32,000 bases of DNA, taken from NCBI GenBank assembly GCA_000091165.1, contig FP565575.1:2100001-2132000 (forward strand), given 5' to 3'. Numbering within the stretch: position 1 is the stretch's first letter; each line of letters opens with the position of its first letter. Shown here piece after piece: positions 8,276-14,847 of the stretch. The DNA is from Candidatus Methylomirabilis oxygeniifera (GTDB lineage: Bacteria > Methylomirabilota > Methylomirabilia > Methylomirabilales > Methylomirabilaceae). Made by a program: the position numbers and the translations under genes. The notes under the pieces are model-generated. The model saw nothing but the letters and a program-made list of their open reading frames with translations, was not told the DNA's origin and made no database searches.

Positions 8276-8291
8276 CGCAAGGATGGTGCCA
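8276..8291 (-). promoter_or_regulatory. Candidate sigma-54 promoter upstream of pmoCAB: TGGCAC-CATCC-TTGCG
   Basis: Minus-strand TGGCACCATCCTTGCG matches the -24/-12 consensus (TGGCAC-N5-TTGC) with exact spacing; adjacent to an enhancer-binding protein gene. Confidence 0.75.
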
Positions 8292-8421
8292 AACGTAGTG
8301 GCAATCGGTATTGAGCCTACTTTCACCAGTGAAATCAAGAGGTTCAAATAGTGACTTCAAAGAAACGCCATGGGTCGCAACAGAATTTCTAGTTAATTTT
8401 CATTAGAACGCCCCACCCTGC

Positions 8422-8445
8422 GACAGCTGTCCCACCACAGCTGTC
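8422..8445. promoter_or_regulatory. Perfect 9-bp dyad GACAGCTGT-CCCACC-ACAGCTGTC; candidate upstream activator site or regulator 3' hairpin
   Basis: Arms 8422-8430 and 8437-8445; each arm contains the palindrome ACAGCTGT; lies about 130-150 bp upstream of the sigma-54 promoter. Confidence 0.5.
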
Positions 8446-10116
8446 TCAGACTGAGTCAATCTGCGTCTGTCGTTTCAGACCAAACTGCTCCAGTTTGCGA
8501 TACAGCGTACTGCGGGAGATGCCGAGCTGGGCCGCGGCCTGCGACAAATTCCCCGCACATTGCTGGACGATCTGACAGATGAGCTGCCGTTCGGTCTGCG
8601 CGAGCCAGCCGCCGGGCTCCGGCCGCTCGGAGGCCTCCCCGCGCAGGGTGCGAATCGCCTCGGGAAAGTCGTCCCAGCGGATCTCGGGCCGCGGCAGGAG
8701 CACGCCCACCTGCTGCAGGACATTGCGCAGCTCCCGGACATTGCCGGGCCACGGATACGGGGTGAGCGCGAGCGCGCGCAGCGCCTCCTCCGTAAAGCGC
8801 AGGTCCGGGCAGTGCAAGGCGGCGGCGACATCGGCCAGGAAGGAGGCCGCCAGCAGGGGGATATCCTCCCGCCGCTCCCGCAAGGGCGGCAGGTGGATCG
8901 AAATGACATTGAGCCGGTAGTACAGGTCCTCCCGAAACAGCCCCTTGGCCACCTCTTTGAGCAGGTCTTTATTGGTCGCGGCGATGATGCGGACATCGAG
9001 GGGGACCGGCTGGCCGCTCCCTAGTCGGGTGAGCTCCTGCTGCTCCAGCACCCGCAGGAGCGCCACCTGGGTGCTGGGCGAGCACTCGCTGACCTCATCG
9101 AGGAAGAGGGTGCCGCCCTGGGCCTCTTCGAACCGGCCCGACCGGCCGCCTTTGCGCGCGCCGGTAAAGGTGCCGTCTTCATAGCCGAACAGCTCAGACT
9201 CGATCAGCTCCCGGGGGATGGCACCGCAGTTGACCGCGATGAACGGCTTGGGGGCGCGGGGGGAGCTGGCGTGGATCGCATGCGCGAGCATCTCTTTCCC
9301 GGTCCCCGATTCCCCGGTGATGAGGACGGAGAGGGTGTTGCCGGCGGCGATGAGGCCGATCTTGGTCGCGTTGCGGAAGGCGGCGGACTGCCCCACCAGA
9401 TCGGCAAAGGTGTACTTGGCCCCCACCACGATCGCCTTGGGCTTGCGGGGGACGGGCGGCTCCAGTCGGGCGGTCGGAAAGAGCACGGCGGCGGCGACCA
9501 CCTGCGAGCCGTGCCGGAGCGCCAGGCCCCAGGCCGTAAGGAGCCGGCCGCTACGCCCGCAGTAGACCTTGACCTCCTGGGGGCTGGAGGGGGCACGGGT
9601 CAGCAGGGTGCGGCCGACCTCGGCCAGCTCCGGGATCGCCGCGACGGAGGGCCGGGCGGGGTCGAGCTGCAGCAGGTGCGCGGCGGCCCGATTGCACAGC
9701 AGCACCTGCCCCTGCGGATCCAGCACCAGCAGGCCGTCGCTGAGCAACTCCGCGGCGGCGGTGAGCGGCCCCAGCAGCGCCTCGGCAGCGCGCGCCGGCG
9801 GGACGTCGGGCAACGGCGGGGCGAGGAGCGAGCCGGCTAAGAGCTCGATCACCAGATCGCTTTGGACGTGGGTGCGGCAGAGCAGGACGTGGCCCTGGGC
9901 CTGCTCGCTGGCGGAGAGCACGTGATCCGGCGGCGCGACCAGGTGGGCCTGGCCGCTGCGGAGGCGGGCCTTACAGCCCCCGCACTCGCCGTCCGCGCAG
10001 CGGTAATCGACCAGGCGCAGGCCCTGGCGCAGGGCGACCTGCAGGACCGACTCGGTGTCGTCACACTCGATGGTGATGCCCAGCGGTTCAAACCGGACCT
10101 TGCGCATCCGCGTCAT
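8446..10116 (-). CDS. Sigma-54-dependent enhancer-binding regulator: N-terminal [2Fe-2S] ferredoxin domain + PAS-like domain + AAA+ + Fis-type HTH
   Basis: CADGECGGC...LLC ferredoxin cysteines; GESGTGKE Walker A; ELFGYEDGTFTGA (GAFTGA-loop variant); GGTLFLDEV Walker B; C-terminal NLSQAAAQLGISRSTLYRKLEQ HTH. Start chosen at ATG 10116 (AGGAG SD); ORF extends to GTG 10182. Confidence 0.9.
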   Translation of the reverse strand: MTRMRKVRFEPLGITIECDDTESVLQVALRQGLRLVDYRCADGECGGCKARLRSGQAHLVAPPDHVLSASEQAQGHVLLCRTHVQSDLVIELLAGSLLAPPLPDVPPARAAEALLGPLTAAAELLSDGLLVLDPQGQVLLCNRAAAHLLQLDPARPSVAAIPELAEVGRTLLTRAPSSPQEVKVYCGRSGRLLTAWGLALRHGSQVVAAAVLFPTARLEPPVPRKPKAIVVGAKYTFADLVGQSAAFRNATKIGLIAAGNTLSVLITGESGTGKEMLAHAIHASSPRAPKPFIAVNCGAIPRELIESELFGYEDGTFTGARKGGRSGRFEEAQGGTLFLDEVSECSPSTQVALLRVLEQQELTRLGSGQPVPLDVRIIAATNKDLLKEVAKGLFREDLYYRLNVISIHLPPLRERREDIPLLAASFLADVAAALHCPDLRFTEEALRALALTPYPWPGNVRELRNVLQQVGVLLPRPEIRWDDFPEAIRTLRGEASERPEPGGWLAQTERQLICQIVQQCAGNLSQAAAQLGISRSTLYRKLEQFGLKRQTQIDSV

Positions 10117-10141
10117 CCTCGTGGACTCCTGGGGGGTCCCC

Positions 10142-10169
10142 TGCCGTCCGGCGGGCACGCCGGACGGCA
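10142..10169. terminator. 12-bp GC-rich perfect hairpin between helicase stop and regulator start
   Basis: TGCCGTCCGGCG-GGCA-CGCCGGACGGCA. Confidence 0.55.
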
Positions 10170-10178
10170 TCGGGGGGC

Positions 10179-11402
10179 TCACGCCCCCTCGGTTTCCGCC
10201 GACTTTCGACCCTGGCGCACGCTATTCGCGGCCACCGCGGCACCGGCAGCTACCCCTGGGGCAAACGCCGATTCGTCCGGCCACTGCACAGGAATCTTAA
10301 ACCCGATGTACCGCTCGATCGCATCAAGCGACAGCACATATTCCTCGTCAGCCAGACTGATCGCCTTACCGGCTGCCCCGGCCCGCGCCGTTCGTCCGAT
10401 CCGGTGGACGTAATCTTCCGGGTCCTGCGGGAGGTCGTAGTTGATCACGTGACTGACCGCCTCAACATGCAACCCACGCGATGCGACATCGGTCGCCACC
10501 AGGATCGGCAGCGTGCCCGCTTTGAACTTGGTGATAATCTGGAGGCGCTTACGCTGATCGATGCTACCGCTGATCAGGCCCGCCCGGAAGCCGCACCGGA
10601 CCAACTTATCAGTGAGCCGCTCGGCGCCCTGCCGAGTATTCGAAAAGATCAGGATCCGTTGCCACGCCTCGCGCTGAAGCAACCAGCGCAACAGCCGGAA
10701 TTTTTCCTGCTTCTCGACGTGAAAGAGCAGATGTTCAACCTTGTCGACCGTAACCTGTTCCGGGGAAATGGCGACCTTAATCGGATTATTCATAAACTCG
10801 TACGACAGCTCCATCTCTCGAAATGAAAGCGTCGCCGAAAACAGGAATGACTGACGCTTATGGTAGGGGGGGAGCCGCCTCAGCAGGAAGCGAAGGTCCT
10901 TGATGAACCCCATGTCGAACATCCGGTCGGCCTCGTCCACAACCAGGACTTCGACTTGAGAGAGTTCGTAGACCCCCTGCTTGAAGTAATCGATGAGCCG
11001 CCCGGGTGTTCCGATGAGGATATCGACGTTCTGTTGAAGCGCGTCCCGCTGTTTCTGATAGTCCACCCCTCCATAGGCTGCGAGCCGTGTCAGGCCGGTG
11101 AATCCACCCAACAACTCCGCATCCCACAGGATCTGCACGGCCAGCTCACGCGTGGGCGCCAGGATCAGGGCTCGGGGGGCGCCGGAAAGCGTAGGGTGTC
11201 TTGAAGTGAGTAGTCTGACAAAGAGGGGGATCAGGAAAGCGGCTGTCTTACCGCTGCCGGTCTGAGCTTGCCCGGCAATATCTTTCCCCGCCAGGGCGAG
11301 CGGCAGCGTCTCAGCCTGGATCGGTGTACACTGAGTAAAACCGGCCGCCTCTATTCCCCTCGCGATCGACGCGGGAAGTGAAAAGGTGTCGAAGGTCGTC
11401 AT
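10179..11402 (-). CDS. DEAD-box ATP-dependent RNA helicase
   Basis: FTQCTPIQAETLP Q-motif, AQTGSGKT, PTRELA, VDEADRMFDMGF, SAT, YVHRIGRTARAG. Confidence 0.95.
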   Translation of the reverse strand: MTTFDTFSLPASIARGIEAAGFTQCTPIQAETLPLALAGKDIAGQAQTGSGKTAAFLIPLFVRLLTSRHPTLSGAPRALILAPTRELAVQILWDAELLGGFTGLTRLAAYGGVDYQKQRDALQQNVDILIGTPGRLIDYFKQGVYELSQVEVLVVDEADRMFDMGFIKDLRFLLRRLPPYHKRQSFLFSATLSFREMELSYEFMNNPIKVAISPEQVTVDKVEHLLFHVEKQEKFRLLRWLLQREAWQRILIFSNTRQGAERLTDKLVRCGFRAGLISGSIDQRKRLQIITKFKAGTLPILVATDVASRGLHVEAVSHVINYDLPQDPEDYVHRIGRTARAGAAGKAISLADEEYVLSLDAIERYIGFKIPVQWPDESAFAPGVAAGAAVAANSVRQGRKSAETEGA

Positions 11403-11713
11403 GCACCGCTCCCGGCCACGACAATCTCAGCAGGTCGTCCCGCGAAGCGTGCGCTGATCAGTCGATTGTGTCGTGCTGGCATAGACATACTTATTCTTAT
11501 TATGCCTCTCATAATGGGGATTGACAAGGTAAATCGGTTGTGGTAAAAAAACTCGTTTCGTTTTTGAGTGGCCCGATGTCGTCTTGAAGATCGTACGGAA
11601 AGGTGATTATTGAAGCCTGGCCGTTGATCCCCTCCTCGATGGCCCGCCATCCGGGACGCGTTGTTTGGAGCTTGGGTTTTTTTTTAACACTTTAACTTTC
11701 TACGGAGGTGACA

Positions 11714-12151
11714 GTGAGACTGAGAAATGTTGTAACTGGAATGGTCGTCTTAACGTTCGTTTTCCTCGCCGGCTGCGGAGGAGGCGGAGGAGAAGCCAAA
11801 GGGGATCCCATCGCCATAGCACAGCAGTTCATAGATTTGTACTATAAGCAAGGAAATACCCAGGAGGCAAAGGCGCTGGCTAACCCCGAGATGGCCGAGA
11901 AGATTCAAGCGACCGCGGCGGCGGCGGCGGAGACCGCTGGAGATCAGGAGGTCTCGTATATCCTGAAGGAACAGAGCAGAGAGGGCAAGCATTCATACGC
12001 CCTGTTTCAGATGATGGTCAAGAAAAAGGACGGTGAACCCGTGTACAAGACGATCTCCCTTTTCGTCGATCTGGTCGACGGCGCCTGGAAGGTAACCCTC
12101 TTCGACGAGAGGATCGAGCCCGGGCCGCACCAGGAAACAACGAAGGGTTAG
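11714..12151 (+). CDS. Small lipoprotein with DUF4878/NTF2-like fold character
   Basis: GTG 11714 with GGAGG 11704-11708; lipobox LAGC followed by Gly-rich linker; SLFVDLVDGAWKVTLFDE. Confidence 0.75.
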   Translation: MRLRNVVTGMVVLTFVFLAGCGGGGGEAKGDPIAIAQQFIDLYYKQGNTQEAKALANPEMAEKIQATAAAAAETAGDQEVSYILKEQSREGKHSYALFQMMVKKKDGEPVYKTISLFVDLVDGAWKVTLFDERIEPGPHQETTKG

Positions 12152-12208
12152 TGAGACCTTCAGGCTGAAGGCTATTAGGTAGTCCCTTCTCCCTTCTTAG
12201 AAAATAAA

Positions 12209-12240
12209 AAAGCCCCCAGGGGATTCCCCCTGGGGGCTTT
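12209..12240. terminator. Bidirectional terminator between lipoprotein gene and groL
   Basis: AAAAAGCCCCCAGGGG-ATTC-CCCCTGGGGGCTTT, A-rich on one side and T-rich on the other. Confidence 0.9.
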
Positions 12241-12291
12241 CACTTTCAAGAGCAGCATTGAGCTGACAGCTAACAGCTAATCGCTGCCTTA

Positions 12292-13926
12292 TTAATACAT
12301 ATCGCCCATCCCGCCGTGGCCTCCCGGCGGCATCTGCGGCGCCTTCTCCTTTTCCGGAACCTCAGTCACCAGCGCCTCGGTGGTAATCATCAACGACGCG
12401 ATGCTCGACGCGTTCTGCAGCGCAATCCGAGCGACCTTGGTCGGGTCGATGATCCCGGCCACCAGCATATCCTCATACGTCTCCGTCTCGGCGTTGAAGC
12501 CGTATGAACCGTTGTTCTCTCGGACCTTCTGGACGACAATCGAGCCCTCAACTCCTGCATTCTCCGCAATCTGGCGGATCGGCTCCTCCAGCGCGCGACG
12601 AATGATGTCGCCGCCGACCTTCTCGTCGCCTTCAAGCTTCAGCTTTTCGACGACCCTCGACGCTCGAAGGAAAGCCACGCCGCCACCGGGGACGATCCCC
12701 TCTTCGACAGCCGCGCGGGTCGCGTTCAGCGCATCCTCGACCCGGGCCTTCTTCTCCTTCATCGCGATCTCGGTAGCCGCTCCGACCTTGATGACCGCCA
12801 CACCGCCGGCAAGCTTGGCCAGCCGCTCTTGCAGTTTCTCCCTGTCGTAGTCCGAGGTCGACTCCTCGACCTGGGTTCGAATCTGCTTGATACGGCCTTC
12901 GATCTCCTTCTGGGCGCCGGCACCTTCGATGATGGTCGTATTCTCCTTATCGATGACCACTTTCTTCGCCTTGCCCAGATCGTCCAGTCGAATATTCTCC
13001 AGCTTGATCCCCAACTCCTCAGAGATCACCTCACCGCCGGTGAGTACCGCGATGTCCTTCAGCATCTCCTTACGCCGATCGCCAAAGCCCGGCGCCTTGA
13101 CCGCCGCGCAGCTCAGGGTCCCACGCAGCTTGTTGACCACCAGAGTGGCCAGCGCCTCACCCTCAACCTCTTCAGCAATCACCATCAGCGGCTTGCCCAT
13201 CTTAGCGATCTGTTCCAGAATCGGCAGGAGATCCTTGAGGTTACTGATCTTCTTTTCGTGGATCAGGATCAGCGGGTTTTCCAGGACTACCTCCATCCGC
13301 TCAGGGTCGGTCACGAAATATGGCGACGTATAGCCTCGATCAAACTGCATCCCCTCAACCACCTCGAGGGTCGTCTCCATGCTCTTCGCTTCCTCGACGG
13401 TGATGACCCCGTCTTTGCCGACCTTCTCCATGGCATCGGCGATGAGCTCGCCGATCGTCTTATCGTTATTGGCCGAGATCGTGGCAACCTGGGAGATCTC
13501 CTTCTTCCCCTTGGTCGGCTTGGAGATCTTCCTGAGTTCATCCACGATACCCTCAACGGCCTTCTCGATTCCCCGCTTCAACGCCATCGGGTTCGCGCCG
13601 GCCGTGACGTTCCTGATCCCCTCTCGGAAGATAGCCTGGGCCAGCACAGTGGCAGTGGTGGTGCCGTCTCCGGCAACATCGGAGGTCTTGCTCGCAACCT
13701 CCTTCACCATCTGGGCGCCCATATTCTCAAAGTTATCTTCCAGTTCGATCTCCTTGGCTACCGTAACGCCATCCTTCGTAATATTCGGAGCGCCGAACTT
13801 CTTATCGATGACCACGTTACGCCCCTTAGGACCCAGAGTCACCTTCACGGCGGCGGCAAGGACGTCCACACCCTTCTGAATCTTCCGCCTTGCCTCCTCA
13901 TCAAACAGCAACTGCTTCGCTGGCAT
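12292..13926 (-). CDS. groL: 60 kDa chaperonin GroEL
   Basis: [39 protein letters not shown]; C-terminal [10 protein letters not shown]; start revised to ATG 13926 with AGGAGG SD. Confidence 0.98.
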   Translation of the reverse strand: MPAKQLLFDEEARRKIQKGVDVLAAAVKVTLGPKGRNVVIDKKFGAPNITKDGVTVAKEIELEDNFENMGAQMVKEVASKTSDVAGDGTTTATVLAQAIFREGIRNVTAGANPMALKRGIEKAVEGIVDELRKISKPTKGKKEISQVATISANNDKTIGELIADAMEKVGKDGVITVEEAKSMETTLEVVEGMQFDRGYTSPYFVTDPERMEVVLENPLILIHEKKISNLKDLLPILEQIAKMGKPLMVIAEEVEGEALATLVVNKLRGTLSCAAVKAPGFGDRRKEMLKDIAVLTGGEVISEELGIKLENIRLDDLGKAKKVVIDKENTTIIEGAGAQKEIEGRIKQIRTQVEESTSDYDREKLQERLAKLAGGVAVIKVGAATEIAMKEKKARVEDALNATRAAVEEGIVPGGGVAFLRASRVVEKLKLEGDEKVGGDIIRRALEEPIRQIAENAGVEGSIVVQKVRENNGSYGFNAETETYEDMLVAGIIDPTKVARIALQNASSIASLMITTEALVTEVPEKEKAPQMPPGGHGGMGDMY

Positions 13927-14026
13927 ATCAGCTTTCCTCCTCAACCTGCGTCAGTTCCCCGATCGGAGTCGGGGACAAGGTTTAACTACGAAATGGCGAT
14001 CTCCTCGTCAACGCTCTGCAGCCCTG

Positions 14027-14314
14027 CTATTGCAGGATGCATAGAACGTCTTCCTCCCGCATGATCAGGAATTCCTCATTGTCGACCTTGACCTCCGAAC
14101 CGGAGTACTTGCCAAAGAGGATCTTATCGCCTGCCTTCACATCCATCGGCTGTCGCTTTCCATCATCACCGACCTTGCCCGGCCCGACGGCAATCACTTC
14201 GCCTTCTTGGGGCTTCTCTTTCGCAGTATCGGGGATAATGATCCCGCCCTTCTTGATTTCTTTTTCTTCCAGACGCTTCACCAGGATTCGGTCGTGCAAC
14301 GGCTTTACCCTCAC
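14027..14314 (-). CDS. groS: Co-chaperonin GroES
   Basis: [38 protein letters not shown]...; GTG start at 14314. Confidence 0.98.
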   Translation of the reverse strand: MRVKPLHDRILVKRLEEKEIKKGGIIIPDTAKEKPQEGEVIAVGPGKVGDDGKRQPMDVKAGDKILFGKYSGSEVKVDNEEFLIMREEDVLCILQ

Positions 14315-14444
14315 GATCGCTTACTCCTTTCTCCGCGGAGCAGATATGCTCCAGCAACTCCCTACCTGTGTGATATACGCAGGCAGGCAATACGGTTTAC
14401 CCTCAAGCACTATACAACGGGCAGTCCAGCAGCTAACCATTCTG

Positions 14445-14471
14445 TTAGCACTCTCTCGTGGAGAGTGCTAA
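14445..14471 (-). promoter_or_regulatory. CIRCE operator (HrcA binding site)
   Basis: TTAGCACTC-TCTCGTGGA-GAGTGCTAA, perfect 9-9-9. Confidence 0.97.
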
Positions 14472-14473
14472 TT

Positions 14474-14502
14474 ACTATAGGCCGTGAGGCTCTCATTCGC
14501 AA
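14474..14502 (-). promoter_or_regulatory. groESL sigma-70-type promoter TTGCGA-N17-TATAGT
   Basis: Minus-strand hexamers at 14502-14497 and 14479-14474, immediately upstream of CIRCE. Confidence 0.75.
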
Positions 14503-14580
14503 GGACAATTATTCATATATTTCACCGAATAATCGGAAATATATGTATTTTCTCGACAATACTCGCTCCTATCGTTGTTT

Positions 14581-14611
14581 ATCGCAAATATACTCAGGTA
14601 CTATTTGCGAT
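14581..14611. repeat. 10-bp perfect inverted repeat ATCGCAAATA-N11-TATTTGCGAT
   Basis: Arms 14581-14590 and 14602-14611 in an AT-rich divergent intergenic region. Confidence 0.7.
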
Positions 14612-14760
14612 GAGCCTATTTTTAACGCTCCGATCCGATGTTCAACTCTCAGGGGCCAACATCGAACCGGGAACATTGAACTTCGCTCGCCAGCGCCATC
14701 CCCTTCGACCGATAATGGTCTTGACAGCGTTCAACCCGGGTACCTATACTCCCTCAATAC

Positions 14761-14807
14761 AGGCTGAAGACTGAAGGCCGAACCTAAAAACCTTCAGTCT
14801 TCAGCCT
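14761..14807. repeat. 17-bp perfect inverted repeat AGGCTGAAGACTGAAGG-N13-CCTTCAGTCTTCAGCCT
   Basis: Exact reverse-complement arms 14761-14777 and 14791-14807, 40 nt before the next CDS. Confidence 0.85.
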
Positions 14808-14847
14808 AAACCGCTGACTGCTGAACACTGTTTTTCAAGGAACACAC

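Noticed and set aside
9204-9840. Several overlapping ORFs in the GC-rich regulator (9204..9596, 9271..9840 and others)
   Set aside because: High GC suppresses stop codons in all frames; only the 8446..10116 frame has coherent domains.
12390-12850. Hydrophobic Ser/Thr-rich ORFs in the groL region as possible repeats or CRISPR
   Set aside because: No direct-repeat/spacer structure seen here or elsewhere in the window.
12829-14064. 411-aa plus-strand ORF opposite groL
   Set aside because: Antisense to GroEL; no independent start signals or domain features. Such ORFs are common opposite chaperonins.
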